DNA of 40,249 nt, taken from positions 1 to 40,249 of the forward strand of contig JBNRMN010000071.1 of assembly GCA_050309605.1 (NCBI GenBank), in the 5' to 3' direction. A model generated the notes under the pieces. The model saw only the letters and a program-made list of their open reading frames with translations, made no database searches and was not told the origin of the DNA. This DNA comes from Anaerohalosphaeraceae bacterium (GTDB taxonomy: Bacteria > Planctomycetota > Phycisphaerae > Sedimentisphaerales > Anaerohalosphaeraceae). Position 1 is the first letter of the stretch; each line of letters starts with the position of its first letter. The translations under genes and the position numbers were made by a program. Shown one piece after another: positions 27,175-35,152 of the stretch.

Positions 27175-27906
27175 TTATTTGCTGTTGAATAACACCATTT
27201 TCTGTTTCAAGTCGTCCACCGTCAGGTTGTACTTATCCATCACCTCTTTGGCCGCGTCCACATTGGGATTATCGACCAGGCCGCGGCAGCCGAAACACCG
27301 CCAGCCGGCCGACGGGCACGGCGCTCCGCAGCCGGCGCGAATAATCGGCCCCAGGCAGATTTCGTCGTACTCATAGCGGCAGACGTTTTCTTTCGCCTTG
27401 CACTCCACACAGACCGGATACGTCGGGGTGACGGGTTTTTTGCCCAGCAGCAAATCGCGAACGACCTGCTTGAACTCCTCGCCGTTGATCGGGCAGCCGT
27501 GAATCTTGAAGTCCACATCGACGACTTCATGCAGCGCCCGCGTCGTTGTGGTCGCCAGATGGGGCATCTCGGCGTCCTTGCCATAGACGCAGCGTTTGAC
27601 CTCGTTCAGGTCAAAGTTGTTTTTCATCTTGTTGACGCCGCCGATGGTCGCGCACGCCCCCAGGGCAATCAGAATCTTGGCTCGGCTGCGGATGATTTGG
27701 AGCCGATGCTCGTCTTCCGGCCGTGTTATCGAGCCTTCGACGATGGCGATGTCGTATTCGTGGCTTTGTTCGCTCATCGCCTCGCGCCACTCGACCACAT
27801 CGACGGCGCCGACCAGATCAATGATTTCTTCTTCGAGGTTGACAATCTGAAGCTGACAGCCTTCACAACAGGCAAAATCGAAAATTGCTACACGTGGTTT
27901 ACTCAT
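27175..27906 (-). CDS. hydD: Group 3b hydrogenase small (delta) subunit
   Basis: CCEGC, VEGS, GACA, GCP and the distal cluster CVEC...CLG...GCGAPCP...CFGCRG. ATG at 27906. Confidence 0.9.
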   Translation of the reverse strand: MSKPRVAIFDFACCEGCQLQIVNLEEEIIDLVGAVDVVEWREAMSEQSHEYDIAIVEGSITRPEDEHRLQIIRSRAKILIALGACATIGGVNKMKNNFDLNEVKRCVYGKDAEMPHLATTTTRALHEVVDVDFKIHGCPINGEEFKQVVRDLLLGKKPVTPTYPVCVECKAKENVCRYEYDEICLGPIIRAGCGAPCPSAGWRCFGCRGLVDNPNVDAAKEVMDKYNLTVDDLKQKMVLFNSK

Positions 27907-27907
27907 C

Positions 27908-28747
27908 TTAAATCGCCTCCGGCACATTCGCCAAATCGCTGAATCGGAACACCGGCCCGTCCTGACAGACATAATGCTGATTGATCTGGCAGTGGCCGCA
28001 TTTTCCGACGCCGCATTTCATTCGTCGTTCAAGATTCACAAAAATGCTGTCCTGCGGCACATCGACCTCGGCCAGCGCCATCAGGACAAATTTATACATC
28101 ACCGGCGGTCCGCACACCATCACCAGACTCTTGGGCAGATCGCTTTCGATTTTCGGAATCAGGGTGGTCACCACACCCACGTTGCCGTCCCAGCAGTCGT
28201 GCGCCTCATCGATGGTCTCCATGACGACCATATCTTTGCGCTCCTGCCACAATGCGATTTCCTCACGGAACAGCCGCATATCATAGCATTTGGTGCCGAT
28301 CAGCACCGTCACCTTGCCGTACTCGCTGCGATGATCCAGGACATAGCGGATAAACGACCGCTGCGGCACCAGTCCAATGCCCCCGCAGATAAAGACCAGA
28401 TCTTTGCCCTTGGCCTGCTCGACCGGATAGGTCGAGCCGTAGGGACCGCGGACGCCGAGTTTGTCGCCGGTCTGAAGCTTGTGGATTGCACGGGTCAGCG
28501 TACCGACGTTGCGAATGACCAGTTCCAGTCCTTTTTGCGTCGGCGAGGAAGAAATTGAAATCGGCGCCTCGCCGATCCCCGCCAGCGACACCTCGACGAA
28601 CTGGCCCGGCGTGTACTCCATCTCCTTGCCGCTGTCCGATTCCAAATGCAGATACAGCTCCGTGCCGTTGAGCATCCGACGCTTGGTGATGGTCGCCGGC
28701 TCCGGCAAATAAATGTCTTTGTTGTTTTGTACGCAGCATTCACACAT
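27908..28747 (-). CDS. hydG: Group 3b hydrogenase gamma subunit (FAD/NAD(P)-binding, [2Fe-2S])
   Basis: PGQF, GEAPISISS, RGPYG, GGIGLVP, CGPPVM and ERRMKCGVGKCGHC...VCQDGPVF. Confidence 0.9.
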   Translation of the reverse strand: MCECCVQNNKDIYLPEPATITKRRMLNGTELYLHLESDSGKEMEYTPGQFVEVSLAGIGEAPISISSSPTQKGLELVIRNVGTLTRAIHKLQTGDKLGVRGPYGSTYPVEQAKGKDLVFICGGIGLVPQRSFIRYVLDHRSEYGKVTVLIGTKCYDMRLFREEIALWQERKDMVVMETIDEAHDCWDGNVGVVTTLIPKIESDLPKSLVMVCGPPVMYKFVLMALAEVDVPQDSIFVNLERRMKCGVGKCGHCQINQHYVCQDGPVFRFSDLANVPEAI

Positions 28748-28783
28748 AAGCGATTCTCCTCAATACACCCGAAACGGGCGGAA

Positions 28784-29824
28784 TTATCCGATATCGGTTC
28801 GTTCCATAAGCTGGTTATAGACATCGACGGGATTGGCGATTTTGGCCGTACAGGCCGTGATGCAGCGCCCGCAGCCGACGCAGGCAATCTGTCCGCCGAT
28901 CTTGCTCGGGACGTATTTGCCCTTGCGGTACAGTCGATGGCGAAACCGCGCGGCACGGTCTTTGCGAAAGTTGTGATCGCCGGCCACCGTCGCAAAATCC
29001 TGCAGCAAGCACCCGTCCCAGGCGCGATACCGCACGCCGGTCTTCAAATCCCAGTTGACCTCATCCTGCACATCAAAGCAATAGCACGTCGGACAAACCT
29101 GATTGCACGAACCGCAGGAATAGCACAACCGGGCCTTTTCTTCCCAGACGGGGTGTTCATAGTTTTTCTCAAGCAGCTTGGGCAGAAAAGAGGGCTTGCA
29201 CTCCAGCATGTGTTTGTTCAGGTCGTGCTCGTTCTTTTTCCAGACGGCCTGACGTTTTTTGATGTCCGCCTCGCTGGCCGGTCGGGCGTCGGGCATCAGG
29301 TTCATCAGCGCCTTGCCGTTGTCGGTCGCCACCTCCACGATATAGGCATCGCCGATATCGGTCAGCAGCATATCATAACCGCTGTCAACGGTGGCCGTGC
29401 CCATCGATGCGGCGAACACATTCTCGCTGGGGGTCACGACATCGCAGGCAACAATCGTCATTTTTTTGCGACGGCACATATAATGATTGTCGTACTCGTC
29501 CTGACTGAAGAGCACATCCATCTGATTGATGGCCGCCATATCGTAAGGGTGCACGCCGAGCAGCACCATCGGCTCGCTATCCTGCAGGCTTTCATACGAA
29601 GCCCGGCCGTCAAATTTCAGCAACGGCTCTTTGGGCGGCAGGACATACTTGCGCGGCGACAGAATCGTTACATCATAATCCAGCCGCAGCGCATCGGCGG
29701 CGTTGAGATCATCAAAGACAAAGCGATCGCCCCGCGCCTGAACCCCGACGACCCGCTGATCCGACTGGACTAAGGCCTCAACGAACTGTTTGAACCGGTC
29801 TTTGGATATCGTGTTTACACTCAT
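28784..29824 (-). CDS. hydB: Group 3b hydrogenase beta subunit (4Fe-4S dicluster)
   Basis: CYSCGSCNQVCPTCYCF, WDGC and CVGCGRCITAC. Confidence 0.9.
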   Translation of the reverse strand: MSVNTISKDRFKQFVEALVQSDQRVVGVQARGDRFVFDDLNAADALRLDYDVTILSPRKYVLPPKEPLLKFDGRASYESLQDSEPMVLLGVHPYDMAAINQMDVLFSQDEYDNHYMCRRKKMTIVACDVVTPSENVFAASMGTATVDSGYDMLLTDIGDAYIVEVATDNGKALMNLMPDARPASEADIKKRQAVWKKNEHDLNKHMLECKPSFLPKLLEKNYEHPVWEEKARLCYSCGSCNQVCPTCYCFDVQDEVNWDLKTGVRYRAWDGCLLQDFATVAGDHNFRKDRAARFRHRLYRKGKYVPSKIGGQIACVGCGRCITACTAKIANPVDVYNQLMERTDIG

Positions 29825-29860
29825 AATCGTCCGCTTCCAATAGATGTTTGTTTTCAGTTC

Positions 29861-30475
29861 TCACATATAATACGGCAACACACCCAGCGCCATCGCCATA
29901 TCAATCGAAACCACTTTGACCCGTTTGGGCACAACCAGATAGCACGGCGCCAGATTCAAAATCCCTTTGACGCCGGCCCGCACCAGTCGGTCGGCACAGG
30001 CCTGAGCCGCTTCGGCCGGAATCGCCAAAATCGCCAGACGAATGCTGCGATCTTCGAGTGAATCAACCGCATTGATGTGTTCAATAACCCGCCGACCGAT
30101 ATGTTTGCCGATTTTGGCCGGGTCATTGTCAAACACCGCCGCGATGTCGAATCCGAACACCGAAAACCCCGGATACGCTGCAATGGCCGTGCCCAACTGT
30201 CCGGCGCCGATCAGGGCGGCCTTCTGCGGGACATCCAGCCTGAGAATCGTGCGTATCTGTTGAGCGGTTGAACCCACCGGATAACCGATGCCGCGTGTAC
30301 CGAAGGCGCCGAAATACGACAAATCCTTGCGAATCTGCGGCGGTTTCAAATGCAGCCGTTCGGCCAGTTGTCGGCTGGAAATGGTCTGCTGACCTTCCTG
30401 TTCGACCAGCGACAACGCCCGCAAATACATCGGCATACGGCGGATCGTCTCATCCGGAATCTTGCGATATTTCAT
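29861..30475 (-). CDS. rex: Redox-sensing transcriptional repressor Rex
   Basis: IPDETIRRMPMYLR, QIRKDLSYFG...GY and Rossmann GAGQLG. Confidence 0.95.
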   Translation of the reverse strand: MKYRKIPDETIRRMPMYLRALSLVEQEGQQTISSRQLAERLHLKPPQIRKDLSYFGAFGTRGIGYPVGSTAQQIRTILRLDVPQKAALIGAGQLGTAIAAYPGFSVFGFDIAAVFDNDPAKIGKHIGRRVIEHINAVDSLEDRSIRLAILAIPAEAAQACADRLVRAGVKGILNLAPCYLVVPKRVKVVSIDMAMALGVLPYYM

Positions 30476-30495
30476 AGCTCACAGTATCATAGTGT

Positions 30496-30513
30496 TTGTG
30501 CTCACATTCACAA
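30496..30513. promoter_or_regulatory. Rex operator, proximal to rex
   Basis: TTGTGCT-caca-TTCACAA, 12 of 14 matches to the established TTGTGAA-N4-TTCACAA consensus. It lies between the predicted promoter and the rex ATG. Confidence 0.75.
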
Positions 30514-30525
30514 ACCCAAAAATTC

Positions 30526-30554
30526 AGCTTACGGCTTTTGCCCGTCCCTGTCAA
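30526..30554 (-). promoter_or_regulatory. Putative sigma-70 promoter of rex-hydBGDA
   Basis: Minus strand TTGACA-N17-TAAGCT. Confidence 0.6.
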
Positions 30555-30596
30555 GTACAAATAACGGTCAAGCCGGAACAAAAGTGAAAATAATTA

Positions 30597-30614
30597 TTGT
30601 GAAACGATACACTT
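30597..30614. promoter_or_regulatory. Weaker Rex operator
   Basis: TTGTGAA-acga-TACACTT, with one perfect half-site (11 of 14 matches). Confidence 0.5.
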
Positions 30615-30659
30615 ATAATAAATCCAAGCTTTTGTTTGCAGGAACCATATAACATCTTT

Positions 30660-30677
30660 TTGTGAAGCGTTTCACAT
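30660..30677. promoter_or_regulatory. Rex operator, near-consensus
   Basis: TTGTGAA-gcgt-TTCACAT, 13 of 14 matches. Confidence 0.8.
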
Positions 30678-30734
30678 ATAAAGCCCTGTTGTTTCGCTAA
30701 AAATTATCAAAAATTTTTCGCAAAATATCTTGTA

Positions 30735-30754
30735 ATATCGAGAACTCTCGATAT
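30735..30754. promoter_or_regulatory. Probable ArsR-family operator palindrome
   Basis: Perfect 9-2-9 dyad ATATCGAGA-ac-TCTCGATAT. It overlaps a candidate TTGTAA-N16-TATATT promoter (30730-30757) just upstream of the arsR-family gene. Confidence 0.7.
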
Positions 30755-30785
30755 ATTGATATGTAAAACCTGTGTGGAGTTGCGT

Positions 30786-31091
30786 ATGAATGCCAATGCG
30801 ACAGACTTATTGCCGGACAACGTACTTGAAACAGCGGCCGAATGCCTGAAGGTGATGGCACATCCGGTCCGGCTCAAGATGGTCAACCTGTTGATGACCG
30901 GCAACTTTGCCGTGCACGAAATCGCCGAGTACTGCCGAATCAGCCCCAGCCAGGCCTGTGAACACCTGCGGCTGCTCAAAGGTCACGGCCTGCTGGACAG
31001 CCAACGCCAGGGGCGCACTGTTTATTACAAAATCGTCTCGCCCCAGTTGCCGGGACTGATTCGCTGTATCCAAATGAATTGTGCGTTGTAA
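30786..31091 (+). CDS. ArsR/SmtB-family transcriptional regulator
   Basis: AECLKVMAHPVRL, HLRLLK and RQGRTVYY. Five Cys, including C-terminal CIQMNC. GGAG RBS before ATG at 30786. Confidence 0.92.
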   Translation: MNANATDLLPDNVLETAAECLKVMAHPVRLKMVNLLMTGNFAVHEIAEYCRISPSQACEHLRLLKGHGLLDSQRQGRTVYYKIVSPQLPGLIRCIQMNCAL

Positions 31092-31140
31092 TCTGACATG
31101 ATATTCCATCGATCTTCATCAACCCCAACGGAGAAAGGTT

Positions 31141-33603
31141 ATGTCTGAGATAAAAAAGGTAGTTATTGTCGGCGGTGTAGCCGGCGGCGCTTCGGCGGCC
31201 GCACGACTGCGACGCTTGTCGGAACACTTCGAAATCGTGCTGTTTGAACGCGGCCAATACATCTCGTTTGCCAACTGCGGGCTGCCGTACCACATCGGCG
31301 GCGTCATCGCCGAACGGGATCGGCTGCTGGTGCAAACCCCGCAGGCCATGCGCAAACGCTTCAACATCGATGTGCGGACGTTCAGTGAGGTCGTGCGCAT
31401 TGATCGCGAAAGCAAACATGTCATCGTGCGTGATCTGAAGACCGACAAGGAATACACCGAATCGTATGACCGGCTGATTCTCAGCCCCGGCGCTGAACCG
31501 GTACGTCCGCCGATTTCGGGCGTCAACAACCCCGGCGTCTTTACCCTGCGCAACATCCCCGATATGGACGCGATTCTTGCACGAATCAAGGACGCCAAAG
31601 CCGGTCGCGCAGTCGTCATTGGCGGCGGCTATATCGGGCTGGAGATGGCCGAGGCGCTCATCGAACGCGGGCTGACCACGACGCTGGTGGAACTGGAACC
31701 GCAGGTGATGGGCACACTTGATCCGGAAATGGCCGCCCCGCTGGTTGATGAACTGCGGCTGCACGGCGTTGCTGTGATGCTCAACAACAGCGTAACCGCC
31801 ATCAGCAGCCAAAACGGCGCGCTGAACGTGCGGCTCAGCGGCGGCGATGCCCTCACGACGGATATGGTCATCGTCTCGGTCGGCGTGCGGCCCGAAACGC
31901 ATCTGGCACAAGACGCCGGGCTGGAGATCGGCGCCCGCGGCGGTATCGTGGTCAACCCTTCGATGCAGACCAGCGATCCGGCGATTTACGCCGTCGGCGA
32001 TGCTGTCGAGGTGATCGATTTTGTCAGCGAAACGCCGACCCTGATTCCGCTGGCCGGGCCGGCCAATCGACAGGGCCGCATTGCCGCCGACCACATCGCC
32101 GGGCGCAACAGTGCCTATCGCCATACCCAGGGCACGGCCATTTGCAAGGTGTTCAATCTGGCTGCGGCGACTACCGGCCTGAACGAAAAAGGGCTTAAAC
32201 GCGCCGGCATCGCCTACGAAAAAATCTACGTCCATCCGGCCAGCCACGCCGGTTACTATCCCGGCGCCAGACAAATCAGCCTTAAACTGCTGTTTGCTCC
32301 GGACAGCGGCAAGATTCTCGGTGCTCAGGCCGTCGGCGCCGATGGCGTGGATAAGCGAATTGACGTCATCGCCGTGGCCCTTCGCGCGGGGCTGACGGTG
32401 CAGGATTTGCAGCATCTGGAGCTGTGTTACGCCCCGCCTTACGGCTCGGCCAAGGATCCGGTCAATTACGCCGGATTCGTCGCCGGCAGCGTGCTCAACG
32501 GCGATATGCCTGTCTGCCACGCCGAGGAAATGGTCAATCCCGCACCGACCCAATTGCTGCTGGATGTACGTACGGGCGGCGAGGTCGAGACGGGCACGAT
32601 TCCGGGGGCGGTCTGCATTCCGCTGGATGAACTGCGCGGGCGGCTCAACGAACTGCCGCGCGACAAAGACATTCTCGTTTTCTGTCAGGTGGGGTTACGC
32701 GGCTATCTGGCGTGCCGTATTCTGAGCCAGCACGGTTATCGCTGTCGCAACCTGACCGGCGGATATAAAACGTTCTGCGCGGCCACCGGCACGGGCAAAA
32801 AAACCGAGCCGGACGATGTTGAAATGAAAGACGACGCCGGCGAAAGCCGTCCGGTTGAACCGCCTCAGCCCGCAGCCGCCCCGATCACCATCGATGCCTG
32901 CGGCCTGTCGTGTCCCGGACCGCTGATGAAGCTCAAAGAAGCCGTTGACGAACTTCAGGCCGGACAAGCCGTTACACTGCGCAGCAGCGATCCGGGGTTT
33001 GCCCGCGACGCAGAGGCCTTCTGCCGCAGCACCGGCCATACGCTCAGCGCCCTGACCGCCGATCAGGGCATCTATGCCGCCACCGTAATCAAACGTCAAT
33101 CGGCCCCGACCGAGGCCGTCCGCACCCAAAGCAGCCGGAAAAAAACCATCATTGTCTTCAGCGGCGATTTCGACAAGGCCATGGCTGCGTTCATCATCGC
33201 CAACGGTGCGGCCGCGATGGGCAGCGAGGTAACGCTGTTCTTTACCTTCTGGGGACTGAACCTGCTGCGGCGGCCTGAAGCGATTGCTGTTGAAAAAACC
33301 GTCATCGAAAAAATGTTTGGCTGGATGATGCCGCGCGGCGCGGAAAAAACCACCTTGTCCAAAATGAATATGCTGGGCGCCGGCACGCAGATGATTAAAG
33401 GCATTATGAAAAAGAAAAATGTCGCCTCGCTGTCGGAACTGATCGACAAGGCCCGTCAGAACAACGTGCATCTGGTGGCCTGCACCATGACAATGGAGCT
33501 GATGGGCATCAAACGCGAAGAACTGATCGACGGCGTCGAAGAAGGCGGCGTGGCGATGTATCTCAATCAGGCCGAAGCGTCCGGCGTGAATCTGTTTATT
33601 TAA
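31141..33603 (+). CDS. CoA-disulfide/persulfide reductase-rhodanese-TusA(SirA)-DsrE2 multidomain fusion
   Basis: GGVAGG and SFANCGLPY (redox Cys), GGGYIGLE, YAPPY, rhodanese FCQVGLRG, TusA CGLSCPGP, and DsrE2 FFTFWGL...ACTMTMELMG. Confidence 0.92.
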   Translation: MSEIKKVVIVGGVAGGASAAARLRRLSEHFEIVLFERGQYISFANCGLPYHIGGVIAERDRLLVQTPQAMRKRFNIDVRTFSEVVRIDRESKHVIVRDLKTDKEYTESYDRLILSPGAEPVRPPISGVNNPGVFTLRNIPDMDAILARIKDAKAGRAVVIGGGYIGLEMAEALIERGLTTTLVELEPQVMGTLDPEMAAPLVDELRLHGVAVMLNNSVTAISSQNGALNVRLSGGDALTTDMVIVSVGVRPETHLAQDAGLEIGARGGIVVNPSMQTSDPAIYAVGDAVEVIDFVSETPTLIPLAGPANRQGRIAADHIAGRNSAYRHTQGTAICKVFNLAAATTGLNEKGLKRAGIAYEKIYVHPASHAGYYPGARQISLKLLFAPDSGKILGAQAVGADGVDKRIDVIAVALRAGLTVQDLQHLELCYAPPYGSAKDPVNYAGFVAGSVLNGDMPVCHAEEMVNPAPTQLLLDVRTGGEVETGTIPGAVCIPLDELRGRLNELPRDKDILVFCQVGLRGYLACRILSQHGYRCRNLTGGYKTFCAATGTGKKTEPDDVEMKDDAGESRPVEPPQPAAAPITIDACGLSCPGPLMKLKEAVDELQAGQAVTLRSSDPGFARDAEAFCRSTGHTLSALTADQGIYAATVIKRQSAPTEAVRTQSSRKKTIIVFSGDFDKAMAAFIIANGAAAMGSEVTLFFTFWGLNLLRRPEAIAVEKTVIEKMFGWMMPRGAEKTTLSKMNMLGAGTQMIKGIMKKKNVASLSELIDKARQNNVHLVACTMTMELMGIKREELIDGVEEGGVAMYLNQAEASGVNLFI

Positions 33604-35152
33604 GGCCTTCAAGGACCAGATCGGTTACATCCTCAAAGAGTTGGCCGCTTGGCCCGGGATAATAACAGCGATCCGGCAGCAGTCCCAGATCGGTACCGAA
33701 ATACCGGTCAAAGAGCAGACGAAAGGTATTGACCGGACTGACGGCATCAGGCAGACCGTCCGGATCGACGCCGGGCAGATACAGTGCGTTGAGAATCGAA
33801 AACAACTCCATCGCCGCATCGGGTGTCAACTGTCTGTCCTGACAGCGCCTGACCTGAAGCCGATTGCCGTGATCGCCCTGCAAGATAATCACGGGCGGGC
33901 GTTTGCTGTTGGCCTGAATGGCATCGACCATCTCGATGATGCGCTTGTGCAAATAGGTCATTTCCGCCAGGTACAGCCGCAGCTCGCGTTTGTCTTCGTC
34001 GGCGCAGAATTGCACGTCAAAATCGTTATATGCGCTGTTCGGTCCGGGCAAACGGCCCTGTTCGTCAAAGATATACGGCGGGTGCGGCGACAGAAAATGC
34101 GTAAAAACGATAAACGGTTCGTCCAAACGACATAGGCGGGTGGTTTCTTCGAAGGCGGTCAGGATACTGCGCCGCAGCAGCCCAGGCGTGCGCAGACTCA
34201 GCGGCGTATTGCTGATCAGCTCGCGCGACAGCGCGGTGGTGTACCAGCGGTCGGGGTTGATTCGAATGTCCACGTTGTCGATATTTTCGTAAGGATATAA
34301 AAAGTCGGTATGGCACTGAATGGTTGTGTAGCCGGCCTCTTTCAAAAAACGAAAGGCTCGATTGTCGCGCGTCAGCTTAAAGGCGGGCTGATGTCCCTTA
34401 AACCCTTCCGGAATCTGGTCAAGGATAAAATCCAGATAGGTATAATTAAACAGACCGGCCATTGCATACGGCGTCATCCAGTAGTTGGCTGTGCTGTTTT
34501 CGGCCACGTGAAAGCCCCGGTCACGAAGTGCGTCAATAAATTCGCCGGCGTCATAGCCGTATCGCTTCAGACAGGGAAACCCGACATGCTGATCGAACAC
34601 CAGGATAAAGAAATTGGGGCGCTGCGCCGCGGCGGTGAGGTCAGGCCCCTGCCACGGCTCCGGAATGATCAGCTCGCCCTTCCAGACGGCCAGCTTGTCC
34701 GGCACGGCCGCGACAATCCGCACGCCGTTCAGCACCACCAGAGACAACGCAATAACATTGAGAATCTTCGTCCAGTACGGCAGGGAGCGTTTGAGCCGGG
34801 CGATGACCACCAGCGCCGCGGCGGCGATCAGCAGCCAGATGACATAATACGGCCACGCCCATCGGCCCGGCGGCAGCGGCAGCACCGATCGCGCCAACGA
34901 GGCGATATTCGCATAAGAATAGAACAGCGCAATCAGACAGGACACCATCAGCCCGCGCCGCTGACCGGATCGAACCGGCAGCCGCAGCACGAGATACAGC
35001 CCTGCCGCCAGCGCCACTGACGCCATCAGCGGAAAGACCACATCGCCGAAATCCAACTCGCCGAGATTCCGCGCATACAAAAACAATACCGGAAACATGG
35101 CCAGCAGCCAGGGGTGCAACACGACAGGATTGTCAGGATGTTTTTGATTCAT
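33596..35152 (-). CDS. Membrane-anchored alkaline phosphatase/sulfatase-superfamily enzyme
   Basis: About five N-terminal TM helices, then ILVFD, ANYWMT, HFLSPHPPY, IILQGDHG and SPVNTFR. Confidence 0.78.
   Translation of the reverse strand: MNQKHPDNPVVLHPWLLAMFPVLFLYARNLGELDFGDVVFPLMASVALAAGLYLVLRLPVRSGQRRGLMVSCLIALFYSYANIASLARSVLPLPPGRWAWPYYVIWLLIAAAALVVIARLKRSLPYWTKILNVIALSLVVLNGVRIVAAVPDKLAVWKGELIIPEPWQGPDLTAAAQRPNFFILVFDQHVGFPCLKRYGYDAGEFIDALRDRGFHVAENSTANYWMTPYAMAGLFNYTYLDFILDQIPEGFKGHQPAFKLTRDNRAFRFLKEAGYTTIQCHTDFLYPYENIDNVDIRINPDRWYTTALSRELISNTPLSLRTPGLLRRSILTAFEETTRLCRLDEPFIVFTHFLSPHPPYIFDEQGRLPGPNSAYNDFDVQFCADEDKRELRLYLAEMTYLHKRIIEMVDAIQANSKRPPVIILQGDHGNRLQVRRCQDRQLTPDAAMELFSILNALYLPGVDPDGLPDAVSPVNTFRLLFDRYFGTDLGLLPDRCYYPGPSGQLFEDVTDLVLEGLK

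Noticed and set aside
27908..29824. Anaerobic sulfite reductase AsrA/AsrB assignment for the beta and gamma genes
   Set aside because: They are homologous, but no asrC is present and they are followed directly by [NiFe]-hydrogenase small and large subunits.
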